From the NCBI GenBank assembly GCA_964016885.1, contig OZ024742.1:251100001-251164000 (forward strand): a stretch of DNA of 64,000 nt, written 5' to 3'. The DNA is from Eledone cirrhosa (Eukaryota). A model generated the notes under the pieces. It saw only the letters and a list, made by a program, of their open reading frames with translations. It did not search any database and had not been told where the DNA came from. Below, one piece after another: positions 1-13,100 of this stretch; position 1 is the first letter of the stretch, and each line of letters begins with the position of its first letter. The position numbers were made by a program, and so were the translations under genes.

Positions 1-475
1 CCACCACAGACAGCAACACCACCACCACCACCACCAACACCACCACCGCCTCCACAGACAGCAACAACACCACCACCAACAACAACAACAACACCACAGA
101 CAGCAACACCGCCACCACCACAGACAGCAACACCACCAGCACCACCACCACCACCTCCACAGACAGCAACACCACCACCACCACCACCACCACTCCACAG
201 ACAGCAACACCACCTTCATAGACAGCAACACCACCACCACACCACCACCACCAACAACAACAACAACACTACCGACAGCAACACCACCAACACCACCACT
301 ACCACCACCACCACCACCACCACCACAGACAGCAACACAAACACCACCACAGACAGCAACACCACCACCAACAATAACACCACCACCACCACAGACAGCA
401 CCCCTCCCCAACAATAACAACAACAACACCGCCGTCACCACCACAATCACTACTACCATAACCACCACCACAAAC
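1..475. repeat. Low-complexity (CAC/CAA)n repeat with recurring ACAGACAGCAAC motif
   Basis: Directly visible: CAC/ACC runs interrupted about ten times by cacagacagcaacac. Truncated by the window start. Confidence 0.9.
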
Positions 476-609
476 ACTATATTATGCTATAACATGCATT
501 TTACATCGGACCCAAACAAATATGAAACAATAAAAATATATAAAATAACATCAAGACATGAGAATATATATGTGTTTTGATGTTGTCTCTCTTTCACTCA
601 CTGCCTCCA

Positions 610-1350
610 TCTTGACTGGGGGAGATTTAGCAGAGTTAGGCCGGCAGTGCCAGATCCGAAACAGATCGGAGGCCAAGGCCACCCAACCTCGTTGGGAGCT
701 TCACCTGTTGCCAGCTGGTGCTGTCGAAACTGGCGTTGCAGATGAGCTCAACACAGTGTCGGATGGTGGTGTCGAGTTCACCGAGATGATCTTCGTTGGG
801 GTGACAATGTGCTCCGTGCAGCGTGATCAAGAATTTGGACAGGGCGAACCAGTTTCTCAAGAGGAATAGCGCCGGGTGAGCGTCAATGAGGCACTGCATC
901 TCTGCTATTCGGGACAGGTCTGCGTGCTTGGTCTCCAGGCATTCTCTTATGGCTTTCGAGAGAATTAGAAAACCGAGAATGCAGGCGGGGGGTCTTTGGG
1001 CATTAGCCGATCCCCGGTTAAGACTCTATGGATGCTGAGTACTGCGTCGTGGAATTCTGCTTCTCCATAGCTAACGTCTATCACCTCGGACTTGGATGGG
1101 TTGACCTCGAGTCCAAGGAGCTTTAGAACTGGGATAACTAGCTGAAGGTCCTCAACTACCGCCTCAGTTGAGCCACCCAGAGTCGCATCGTCCAGGTACC
1201 AAACGTTGAGGGGCGAGCGGACAACGTCGTCAACTGCTAGCGGAATGAGGAGCGGGCCGAGTGGGTCTTCTTGCTAGACACCCGTAGCGGAAGTAGCCAT
1301 GTTGTCAGCGGCCATGAGTAAGCTGGGTCTTCCGTGCGGGAGGTGAACGA
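610..1350 (-). mobile_element. Degenerate non-LTR retrotransposon RT fragment, probably CRE clade
   Basis: Minus-strand translation gives TGV*QEDPLGPLL (GVQQGDPLGP motif), then LNVWYLDDATLGG, LGLEVNPSKSEV, and in another frame LPTRLGGLGLRSVSDLALPA. It has stops and frameshifts and is GC-rich relative to its flanks. Confidence 0.8.
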
Positions 1351-1864
1351 GAGTGTAATTATAGTGAAAGTGAATGCTGAGGCCAAGTTGCCTTTATTCT
1401 TGTAGGACACATATATAGTGAAGAATTTAGTTATTGCAGTTGCCTCCCTTTGATTATTTTGATATTTTACATTAGGCATGTGTGTACTCCGAGTTATTTC
1501 CCCTCGATTACAAGTTTATTAGAGACATGCAATCACACGTACCACACATGCACATGCTAAAACAATTACACCGAGTAAAAAAAAAAAAAAAAAAAATGTC
1601 TATTACAGTCGTTTCCTTTGGCTCGTTCATCTACTATTCCTTTCTTTAATGAATCTTATTGCAGTTATTTTCTATCTATAATATCATCGCCCTCTAACTG
1701 ACACATATACATCGTTGTGGCCAGAATTTGCATACTGTTAATAAATTTAAATATAAAACCCAAGTGATATTAAATTTTATTTGGAAAGTAATACTAAGTA
1801 TGGCTATACCAATTTATATAGTAAAAATAACTTTACAAAATCCTTTCTGTTTGAATTAAGGCAA

Positions 1865-2075
1865 ACAGCATCAGTGGAGGCTTCAGAGAAAATATTTTGC
1901 AGTATTTATTAACGACTTCTTATATTCTGAGTTCAGATACCGCTGAAATCAACTTTAACTTTCATCCATCCAGGGCCGATAAAATAAAGTAACAGTATAA
2001 TACCTGGGTCGATATTACCGACTTTCCTCTTTACCCAAGTTGTTGGCTTTGTACCAATGTTATAAAGAATTATTA
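1865..2075 (+). mobile_element. Old tRNA-derived SINE (family with TTTCATCC..GGGTCGATAAAATAAAGTAC core)
   Basis: ctgagttcagataccgctgaaatcaactttaactttcatccatccagggccgataaaataaagtaac resembles the better-preserved copies at 47376 and 63305. Confidence 0.65.
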
Positions 2076-2604
2076 TATTTCGCTAGCAGAAAAAACACCT
2101 TTCGGGTGGTTTTCTGCTAGCATGTGTAGTGTGCATATTGATATTATATGCAAGTATATATGCATGTAGATATAATATATCAAATAAAATCGTAATTGAC
2201 AATATACACAGAAATTGAACAAAGACTGTGTTACACTGTCTTATGTAATCAGTAACGTAATCCATGATACAGTAAAAAAAGACGATATTATATATAAACT
2301 GCATTAAGAGAAAATTAGTGATGGAAATATATGAATGTTTATTTAAGTGACCGCTAACCGGAAGTGTTGACATTTGAAAATTTTAAAGTGAATCTTTAAA
2401 TAAGTAATAAAATATACTTAATCAACAGCTACGAAATTTAGTAGATAAATTATGTAATATTCATTCATTATTTATTCAAAGTAATCCAGCTTATTTTACT
2501 AACTGGATTAAAAGAAATAAACTGTACGCAGTCCCGCACTCCTTACTTTATTATAGTTTACATTACGATAGAGCGTTGGATTGGTAGAATCATTAGAAAG
2601 AAAA

Positions 2605-2885
2605 ACTAAAGCCTGTCATGAGCCTGGAGGCTCATCAGTCCGATAATTATCCCGGTTTGCAAGATGTTAATTAACTGATATTTCAAGACTTTCCCCTGGG
2701 CAGGACACCAGTTCATCTTAGGGTTAAATCCCCAGTTACTTCTGGTTCTCATTTTCAGCTGAGAATACTGGAGCAATGTAAAATGAAGTGTTTTGCTTAA
2801 GAACACAACACACAATCCAGTCCAGGAATTGATACCACAACGTTATGATCATTCAACACACTTACCACAAGGTCACATGCCTTCA
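2605..2885 (-). mobile_element. tRNA-headed SINE with CORE-like and Nin/Deu-like segments (diverged)
   Basis: Reverse complement resembles the plus-strand copy at 39762-40140 (ctggagcaatgtaaaatgaagtg, ccctgggcaggacaccagttcatc). Confidence 0.6.
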
Positions 2886-3719
2886 CTAGAAACATTGGAG
2901 CAGGAGACAAAATGCTTTGGGGCATATAGTTTTAGATCAGGTCTCGCCAAAGGTAAATTTGCATTTCATGCTATTCTGATTGATAAAATAAAATACAAAT
3001 CAAGTACTTATTTTGAAAATAATAATGTTATATATTAAAGAGAAGTAATAATTCTTTTTCTTGCTCTTGCTTGACAAGGATGGGGTTATCCTAGGCCAGT
3101 GATCACACAGTAACGTCATGCAGAGAGCCAACCATGTTCAACAGTGTCCTTCATCGCTGGTGGTCTTGTGCCATCTTCCAAGATGATGTCGAACCTCCAG
3201 AGATGATCCCTAATGATATCCCATCTGCTGCAGGGCCTGTCACAGAGCTTCTTCCAGCCTGCAACCGCTGTGTCGAATGAGACTAAGTCTCTGGTAGGAT
3301 AGTCTATAATCAATGTACATTACTTCTCATGTAAAAATGCAATGAAGGGAAGTAATAAATAATTGTATTTGTGGATGAATAATATTATAATAATATCATA
3401 ATATTATTAATATTCGGTTTGTTTGCAAGCAAACAGCCTCATAAAGCTAAATGTAGTAGAAAACTAATCATCATCCTTTTGTTCCAGCAGTAGCTGAGAA
3501 AAAACAATTGACAATTGTTTCGGAGTTATTGCGCCTTATCGAGATTGTGTATTCTTTCTTCTCTGCTACCTTCTGGAACTGCTGAGAATACATATTATCC
3601 TAAAATGTATACAGTGGCTGATTAGCTTCATTTGCATATTATTATATTATTATTATTCACTCACGAATACATTTGGGTATCCACTATGTTAAGAGCGAAA
3701 ACAATTTTTTTTTTCAATA

Positions 3720-4180
3720 AGTAATTGTTTTTACATTTGGCTCAAGGCCAGCAATTCACAATAATAATAATTGTTTCTACTTTTGGCACAAGGCCAGCAA
3801 TTACCCAGTACATTACTGATATTTTATTTTATCGACCCCGTAAGGATGAAAGCAAAGTTAACCTCAGTAATAATTGTTTCTACATTAGGCACAAGGCCAG
3901 CAATTACCCAGTTAACCTTGATGGGATTTGAACGCAGAATGACGTCCAACCCCCTACCGATACAGCCAATGCACCACCATTCACAATAATAATAATGATT
4001 TCTTATTTAGACCACAAGAACAACAACTTTTGGTGAGGGCAACGTCAATTAAATCGACACCAATGCAATACAGGTATGCGAGGTTAACTTTGCCTTTCAT
4101 TCTTACGGGGTCGATAAAATAAAGTACCAGTAATGCACTGGGTATTTGCTGGCCTTGTGCCAAAAGTAGAAAAAATTATT
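3720..4180. mobile_element. Cluster of SINE fragments, including an inverted pair (3766-3865 / 4080-4180)
   Basis: ttctacttttggcacaaggccagcaattacccagt...aagttaacctc and its reverse complement gaggttaactttgcc...ggccttgtgccaaaagtagaa. Confidence 0.8.
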
Positions 4181-4196
4181 TTATCAACACCGTAAA

Positions 4197-7100
4197 GAGG
4201 AGGTGTGGTGTGAGACAGTAGTAATTAGAGAGAGAGGGAGGTGTGGTGTGAGACAGTAGTAATTAGACAGAGAGGGAGGTGTGGTGTGAGACAGTAGTAA
4301 TTAGAGAGAGAGGGAGGTGTGGTGTGAGACAGTAGTAATTAGAGAGAGAGGGAGGTGTGGTGTGAGACAGTAGTAATTAGAGAGAGAGGGAGGTGTGGTG
4401 TGAGACAGTAGTAATTAGACAGAGAGGGAGGTGTGGTGTGAGACAGTAGTAATTAGACAGAGAGGGAGGTGTGGTGTGAGACAGTAGTAATTAGACAGAG
4501 AGGGAGGTGTGGTGTGAGACAGTAGTAATTAGACAGAGAGGGAGGTGTGGTGTGAGACAGTAGTAATTAGACAGAGAGGGAGGTGTGGTGTGAGACAGTA
4601 GTAATTAGACAGAGAGGGAGGTGTGGTGTGAGACAGTAGTAATTAGAGAGAGAGGGAGGTGTGGTGTGAGACAGTAGTAATTAGAGAGAGAGGGAGGTGT
4701 GGTGTGAGACAGTAGTAATTAGACAGAGAGGGAGGTGTGGTGTGAGACAGTAGTAATTAGACAGAGAGGGAGGTGTGGTGTGAGACAGTAGTAATTAGAG
4801 AGAGAGGGAGGTGTGGTGTGAGACAGTAGTAATTAGAGAGAGAGGGAGGTGTGGTGTGAGACAGTAGTAATTAGACAGAGAGGGAGGTGTGGAGTGAGAC
4901 AGTAGTAATTAGACAGAGAGGGAGGTGTGGTGTGAGACAGTAGTAATTAGACAGAGAGGGAGGTGTGGTGTGAGACAGTAGTAATTAGACAGAGAGGGAG
5001 GTGTGGTGTGAGACAGTAGTAATTAGAGAGAGAGGGAGGTGTGGTGTGAGACAGTAGTAATTAGACAGAGAGGGAGGTGTGGTGAGACAGTAGTAATTAG
5101 AGAGAGAGGGAGGTGTGGTGTGAGACAGTAGTAATTAGACAGAGAGGGAGGTGTGGTGTGAGACAGTAGTAATTAGACAGAGAGGGAGGTGTGGTGTGAG
5201 ACAGTAGTAATTAGACAGAGAGGGAGGTGTGGTGTGAGACAGTAGTAATTAGACAGAGAGGGAGGTGTGGTGTGAGACAGTAGTAATTAGACAGAGAGGG
5301 AGGTGTGGTGTGAGACAGTAGTAATTAGACAGAGAGGGAGGTGTGGTGTGAGACAGTAGTAATTAGACAGAGAGGGAGGTGTGGTGTGAGACAGTAGTAA
5401 TTAGACAGAGAGGGAGGTGTGGTGTGAGACAGTAGTAATTAGACAGAGAGGGAGGTGTGGTGTGAGACAGTAGTAATTAGACAGAGAGGGAGGTGTGGTG
5501 TGAGACAGTAGTAATTAGACAGAGAGGGAGGTGTGGTGTGAGACAGTAGTAATTAGACAGAGAGGGAGGTGTGGTGTGAGACAGTAGTAATTAGACAGAG
5601 AGGGAGGTGTGGTGTGAGACAGTAGTAATTAGACAGAGAGGGAGGTGTGGTGTGAGACAGTAGTAATTAGACAGAGAGGGAGGTGTGGTGTGAGACAGTA
5701 GTAATTAGACAGAGAGGGAGGTGTGGTGTGAGACAGTAGTAATTAGACAGAGAGGGAGGTGTGGTGTGAGACAGTAGTAATTAGACAGAGAGGGAGGTGT
5801 GGTGTGAGACAGTAGTAATTAGACAGAGAGGGAGGTGTGGTGTGAGACAGTAGTAATTAGACAGAGAGGGAGGTGTGGTGTGAGACAGTAGTAATTAGAC
5901 AGAGAGGGAGGTGTGGTGTGAGACAGTAGTAATTAGACAGAGAGGGAGGTGTGGTGTGAGACAGTAGTAATTAGACAGAGAGGGAGGTGTGGTGTGAGAC
6001 AGTAGTAATTAGACAGAGAGGGAGGTGTGGTGTGAGACAGTAGTAATTAGACAGAGAGGGAGGTGTGGTGTGAGACAGTAGTAATTAGACAGAGAGGGAG
6101 GTGTGGTGTGAGACAGTAGTAATTAGACAGAGAGGGAGGTGTGGTGTGAGACAGTAGTAATTAGACAGAGAGGGAGGTGTGGTGTGAGACAGTAGTAATT
6201 AGACAGAGAGGGAGGTGTGGTGTGAGACAGTAGTAATTAGACAGAGAGGGAGGTGTGGTGTGAGACAGTAGTAATTAGACAGAGAGGGAGGTGTGGTGTG
6301 AGACAGTAGTAATTAGACAGAGAGGGAGGTGTGGTGTGAGACAGTAGTAATTAGACAGAGAGGGAGGTGTGGTGTGAGACAGTAGTAATTAGACAGAGAG
6401 GGAGGTGTGGTGTGAGACAGTAGTAATTAGACAGAGAGGGAGGTGTGGTGTGAGACAGTAGTAATTAGACAGAGAGGGAGGTGTGGTGTGAGACAGTAGT
6501 AATTAGACAGAGAGGGAGGTGTGGTGTGAGACAGTAGTAATTAGACAGAGAGGGAGGTGTGGTGTGAGACAGTAGTAATTAGACGAGAGAGGGAGGTGTG
6601 GTGTGAGACAGTAGTAATTAGACAGAGAGGGAGGTGTGGTGAGAGAGTAGTAATTAGACAGAGAGGGAGGTGTGGTGAGACAGTAGTAATTAGACAGAGA
6701 GGGAGGTGAGGTGTGAGACAGTAGTAATTAGACAGAGAGGGAGGTGTGGTGTGAGACAGTAGTAATTAGACAGAGAGGGAGGTGTGGTGTGAGACAGTAG
6801 TAATTAGACAGAGAGGGAGGTGAGGTGTGAGACAGTAGTAATTAGACAGAGAGGGAGGTGTGGTGTGAGACAGTAGTAATTAGACAGAGAGGGAGGTGTG
6901 GTGTGAGACAGTAGTAATTAGACAGAGAGGGAGGTGTGGTGTGAGACAGTAGTAATTAGAAGAGAGAGAGAGGTGTGGTGTGAGACAGTAGTAATTAGAC
7001 AGAGAGGGAGGTGTGGTGTGAGACAGTAGTAATTAGACAGAGAGGGAGGGTGAGGTGTGAGACAGTAGTAATTAGACAGAGAGGGAGGTGTGGTGTGAGA

Positions 7101-10100
7101 CAGTAGTAATTAGACAGAGAGGGAGGTGAGGTGAGACAGTAGTAATTAGACATAGAGGGGAGGTGAGGTGAGACAGTAGTAATTAGACAGAGAGGGAGGT
7201 GAGGTGAGACAGTAGTAATTAGACAGAGAGGGAGGTGAGGTGTGAGACAGTAGTAATTAGACAGAGAGGGAGGTGTGGTGTGAGACAGTAGTAATTAGAC
7301 AGAGAGGGAGGTGTGGTGTGAGACAGTAGTAATTAGACATAGAGGGAGGTGAGGTGAGACAGTAGTAATTAGACAAAGAGGGAGGTGAGGTGGTGAGACA
7401 GTAGTAATTAGACAGAGAGGGAGGTGAGGTGTGAGACAGTAGTAATTAGACAGAGAGGGAGGTGTGGTGTGAGACAGTAGTAATATAGACAGAGAGGGAG
7501 GTGTGGTGTGAGACAGTAGTAATTAGAGAGAGAGGGAGGTGTGGTGTGAGACAGTAGTAATTAAGACAGAGAGGGAAGTGTGGTGTGAGACAGTAGTAAT
7601 TAGACAGAGAGGGAGGTGTGGTGTGAGACAGTAGTAATTAGACAGAGAGGGAGGTGTGGTGTGAGACAGTAGTAATTAGACAGAGAGGGAGGTGTGGTGT
7701 GAGACAGTAGTAATTAGAGAGAGAGGGAGGTGTGGTGTGAGACAGTAGTAATTAGACAGAGAGGGAGGTGTGGTGAGGACAGTAGTAATTAGACAGAGAG
7801 GGAGGTGAGGTGTGAGACAGTAGTAATTAGACAGAGAGGGAGGTGTGGTGTGAGACAGTAGTAATTAGACAGAGAGGGAGGTGTGGTGTGAGACAGTAGT
7901 AATTAGACAGAGAGGGAGGTGTGGTGTGAGACAGTAGTAATTAGACAGAGAGGGAGGTGTGGTGTGAGACAGTAGTAATTAGACAGAGAGGGAGGTGTGG
8001 TGTGAGACAGTAGTAATTAGACAGAGAGGGAGGTGTGGTGTGAGACAGTAGTAATTAGACAGAGAGGGAGGTGTGGTGTGAGACAGTAGTAATTAGACAG
8101 AGAGGGGGGTGTGGTGTGAGACAGTAGTAATTAGACAGAGAGGGGAGGTGTGGTGTGAGACAGTAGTAATTAGACAGAGAGGGAGGTGTGGTGTGAGACA
8201 GTAGTAATTAGAGGAGAGAGGGAGGTGTAGTGTGAGACAGTAGTAATTAGACAGAGAGGGAGGTGTGGTGAGACAGTAGTATTTAGACAGAAGAGGGAGG
8301 TGAGGTGTGAGACAGTAGTAATTAGACAGAGAGGGAGGTTGTGGTGTGAGACAGTAGTAATTAGACAGAGAGGGAGGTGTGGTGTGGAGACAGTAGTAAT
8401 TAGACAGAGAGGGAGGTGTGGTGTGAGACAGTAGTAATTAGACATAGAGGGAGGTGAGGTGAGACAGTAGTAATTAGACAGAGAGGGAGGTGAGGTGTGA
8501 GACAGTAGTAATTAGACATAGAGGGAGGTGTGGTGTGAGACAGTAGTAATTAGACAGAGAGGGAGGTGTGGTGTGAGACAGTAGTAATTAGAGAGAGAGG
8601 GAGGTGTGGTGTGAGACAGTAGTAATTAGACAGAGAGGGGGGTGTGGTGTGAGACAGTAGTAATTAGAGAGAGAGGGAGGTGTGGTGTGAGGACAGTAGT
8701 AATTAGAGAGAGAGGGAGGTGTGGTGTGAGGACAGTAGTAATTAGACAGAGAGGGGGGTGTGGTGTGAGACAGTAGTAATTAGAGAGAGAGGGAGGTGTG
8801 GTGTGAGACAGTAGTAATTAGACAGAGAGGGAGGTGTGGTGTGAGACAGTAGTAATTAGACAGAGAGGGAGGTGTGGTGTGAGACAGTAGTAATTAGACA
8901 GAGAGGGAGGTGTGGTGTGAGACAGTAGTAATTAGACAGAGAGGGAGGTGTGGTGTGAGACAGTAGTAATTAGAGAGAGAGGGAGGTGTGGTGTGAGACA
9001 GTAGTAATTAGACAGAGAGGGAGGTGTGGTGAGGACAGTAGTAATTAGACAGAGAGGGAGGTGAGGTGTGAGGACAGTAGTAATTAGACAGAGAGGGAGG
9101 TGTGGTGTGAGACAGTAGTAATTAGACAGAGAGGGAGGTGAGGTGAGACAGTAGTAATTAGACAGAGAGGGAGGTGAGGTGTGAGACAGTAGTAATTAGA
9201 CAGAGAGGGAGGTGTGGTGTGAGACAGTAGTAATTAGACAGAGAGGGAGGTGTGGTGTGAGACAGTAGTAATTAGACATAGAGAGGGAGGTGAGGGTGAG
9301 ACCAGTAGTAATTAGACAAAGAGGGAGGTGAGGTGTGAGACAGTAGTAATTAGACAGAGAGGGAGGTGAGGTGTGAGGACAGGTAGTAATTAGACAGAGA
9401 GGGAGGTGAGGTGTGAGACAGTAGTAATTAGACAGAGAGGGAGGTGAGGTGTGAGACAGTAATAATTAGACAGAGAGGGAGGTGTGGTGTGAGACAGTAG
9501 TAATTAGACAGAGAGGGAGGTGTGGTGTGAGACAGTAGTAATTAGACCATAGAGGGAGGGTGAGGTGAGACAGTAGTAATTAGACAGAGAGGGAGGTGTG
9601 GTGTGAGACAGTAGTAATTAGACAGAGAGGGAGGTGAGGTGTGAGACAGTAGTAATTAGACAGAGAGGGAGGTGAGGTGTGAGACAGTAGTAATTAGACA
9701 GAGAGGGAGGTGAGGTGTGAGACAGTAGTAATTAGACAGAGAGGGAGGTGAGGTGTGAGACAGTAGTAATTAGACAGAGAGGGAGGTGAGGTGTGAGACA
9801 GTAGTAATTAGACAGAGAGGGAGGTGTGGTGTGAGACAGTAGTAATTAGAGAGAGAGGGAGGTGTGGTGTGAGACAGTAGTAATTAGACAGAGAGGGAGG
9901 TGTGGTGAGACAGTAGTAATTAGACAGAGAGGGAGGTGAGGTGTGAGACAGTAGTAATTAGACAGAGAGGGAGGTGTGGTGTGAGACAGTAGTAATTAGA
10001 CAGAGAGGGAGGTGTGGTGTGAGACAGTAGTAATTAGACAGAGAGGGAGGTGTGGTGTGAGACAGTAGTAATTAGACAGAGAGGGAGGTGTGGTGTGAGA

Positions 10101-13100
10101 CAGTAGTAATTAGACAGAGAGGGAGGTGTGGTGTGAGACAGTAGTAATTAGACAGAGAGGGAGGTGTGGTGTGAGACAGTAGTAATTAGACAGAGAGGGA
10201 GGTGTGGTGTGAGACAGTAGTAATTAGACAGAGAGGGGAGGTGTGGTGTGAGACAGTAGTAATTAGAGAGAGAGGGAGGTGTGGTGTGAGACAGTAGTAA
10301 TTAGACAGAGAGGGAGGTGTGCTGTGACAGAGTATTAGACAGAGAGGGAGGTGAGGTGTGAGACAGTAGTAATTAGACAGAGAGGGAGGTGTGGTGTGAG
10401 ACAGTAGTAATTAGACAGAGAGGGAGGTGTGGTGTGAGACAGTAGTAATTAGACAGAGAGGGAGGTATGGTGTGAGACAGTAGTAATTAGACTAGAGGGA
10501 GGTGAGGTGAGACAGTAGTAATTAGACAAGAGGGGGTGAGGTGTGAGGGACAGTAGTAATTAGACATAGAGGGGAGGTGTGGTGTGAGACAGTAGTAATT
10601 AGACAGAGAGGGAGGTGTGGTGTGAGACAGTAGTAATTAGAGAGAGAGGGGAGGTGGTGGTGTGAGGACAGTAGTAATTAGACAGAGAGGGGAGTGGTGG
10701 TGTGAGACAGTAGTAATTAGAGAGAGAGGGAGGTGTGGTGTGAGACAGTAGTAATTAGAGAGAGAGGGAGGTGTGGTGTGAGACAGTAGTAATTAGACAG
10801 AGAGGGGGGTGTGGTGTGAGACAGTAGTAATTAGAGAGAGAGGGAGGTGTGGTGTGAGACAGTAGTAATTTAACAGAGAGGGAGGTGTGGTGTGAGACAG
10901 TAGTAATTAGACAGAGAGGGAGGTGTGGTGTGAGACAGTAGTAATTAGAGAGAGAGGGAGGTGTGGTGTGAGACAGTAGTAATTAGACAGAGAGGGGGTG
11001 TGGTGTGGAGACAGTAGTAATTAGAGAGAGAGGGAGGTGTGGTGTGAGACAGTAGTAATTAGACAGAGAGGGGAGGTGTGGTGTGAGACAGTAGTAATTA
11101 GAGACAGAGAGGGAGGTGTGGTGTGAGACAGTAGTAATTAGACAGAGAGGGAGGTGTGGTGTGAGGACAGTAGTAATTAGAGAGAGAGGGAGGTGTGGTG
11201 TGAGACAGTAGTAATTAGACAGAGAGGGAGGTGTGGTGTGAGACAGTAGTAATTAGACAGAGAGGGAGGTGTGGTGTGAGACAGTAGTAATTAGAGAGAG
11301 AGGGAGGTGTGGTGTGAGACAGTAGTAAATTAGACAGAGAGGGAGGTGAGGGTGAGACAGTAGTAATTAGACAGAGAGGGGGGTGTGGTGTGAGACAGTA
11401 GTAATTAGACAGAGAGGGAGGTGTGGTGTGAGACAGTAGTAATTAGACAGAGAGGGAGGTGTGGTGTGAGACAGTAGTAATTAGACAGAGAGGGGGGTGT
11501 GGTGTGAGACAGTAGTAGTTAGACAGAGAGGGAGGTGTGGTGTGAGACAGTAGTAATTAGACAGAGAGGGAGGTGTGGTGTGAGACAGTAGTAATTAGAG
11601 AGGAGAGGGAGGTGTGGTGTGAGACAGTAGTAATTAGACAGAGAGGGAGGTGTGGTGAGACAGTAGTATTTAGACAGAGGAGGGAGGTGAGGTGTGAGAC
11701 AGTAGTAATTAGACAGAGAGGGAGGTGTGGTGTGAGACAGTAGTAATTAGACAGAGAGGGAGGTGTGGTGTGAGACAGTAGTAATTAGACAGAGAGGGAG
11801 GTGTGGGTGTGAGACAGTAGTAATTAGACAAGAGGGGAGGTGAGGTGAGGACAGTAGTAATTAGACAGAGAGGGAGGTGAGGTGTGAGACAGTAGTAATT
11901 AGACATAGAGGGAGGTGTGGTGTGAGACAGTAGTAATTAGACAGAGAGGGAGGTGTGGTGTGAGACAGTAGTAATTAGAGAGAGAGGGAGGTGTGGTGTG
12001 AGACAGTAGTAATTAGACAGAGAGGGGGGTGTGGTGTGAGGACAGTAGTAATTAGAGAGAGAGGGAGGTGTGGTGTGAGACAGTAGTAATTAGAGAGAGA
12101 GGGAGGTGTGGTGTGAGACAGTAGTAATTAGACAGAGAGGGGGGTGTGGTGTGAGACAGTAGTAATTAGAGAGAGAGGGAGGTGTGGTGTGAGACAGTAG
12201 TAATTAAACAGAGAGGGAGGTGTGGTGTGAGACAGTAGTAAATTAGACAGAGAGGGAGGTGTGGTGTGAGACAGTAGTAATTAGAGAGAGAGGGAGGTGT
12301 GGTGTGAGACAGTAGTAATTAGACAGAGAGGGGGGTGTGGTGTGAGACAGTAGTAATTAGAGAGAGAGGGAGGTGTGGTGTGAGACAGTAGTAATTAGAC
12401 AGAGAGGGAGGTGTGGTGTGAGACAGTAGTAATTAGACAGAGAGGGAGGTGTGGTGTGAGACAGTAGTAATTAGACAGAGAGGGAGGTGTGGTGTGAGAC
12501 AGTAGTAATTAGAGAGAGGAGGGAGGTGTGGTGTGAGACAGTAGTAATTAGACAGAGAGGGAGGTGTGGTGTGAGACAGTAGTAATTAGACAGAGAGGGA
12601 GGTGTGGTGTGAGACAGTAGTAATTAGAGAGAGAGGGAGGTGTGGTGTGAGACAGTAGTAATTAGACAGAGAGGGAGGTGAGGTGTGAGACAGTAGTAAT
12701 TAGACAGAGAGGGAGGTGAGGTGTGAGACAGTAGTAATTAGACAGAGAGGGAGGTGTGGTGTGAGACAGTAGTAATTAGACAGAGAGGGAGGTGAGGTGT
12801 GAGACAGTAGTAATTAGACAGAGAGGGGGGTGTGGTGTGAGACAGTAGTAATTAGACAGAGAGGGAGGTGTGGTGTGAGACAGTAGTAATTAGACAGAGA
12901 GGGAGGTGTGGTGTGAGACAGTAGTAATTAGACAGAGAGGGAGGTGTGGTGTGAGACAGTAGTAATTAGACAGAGGGAGGTGTGGTGTGAGACAGTAGTA
13001 ATTAGACAGAGAGGGAGGTGTGGTGTGAGACAGTAGTAATTAGACAGAGAGGGAGGTGTGGTGTGAGACAGTAGTAATTAGACAGAGAGGGAGGTGTGGT

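Noticed and set aside
1-475. Mucin-like Thr-rich coding repeat (TTDSNTTT) or poly-Val ORF
   Set aside because: No splice signals or unique coding sequence visible; simple-repeat origin is sufficient. The window edge limits certainty.
3116-3313. 65-aa ORF as a host gene
   Set aside because: GWKKLCDRPCSRWDII resembles the decayed C-terminus of a LINE ORF2; no exon support.
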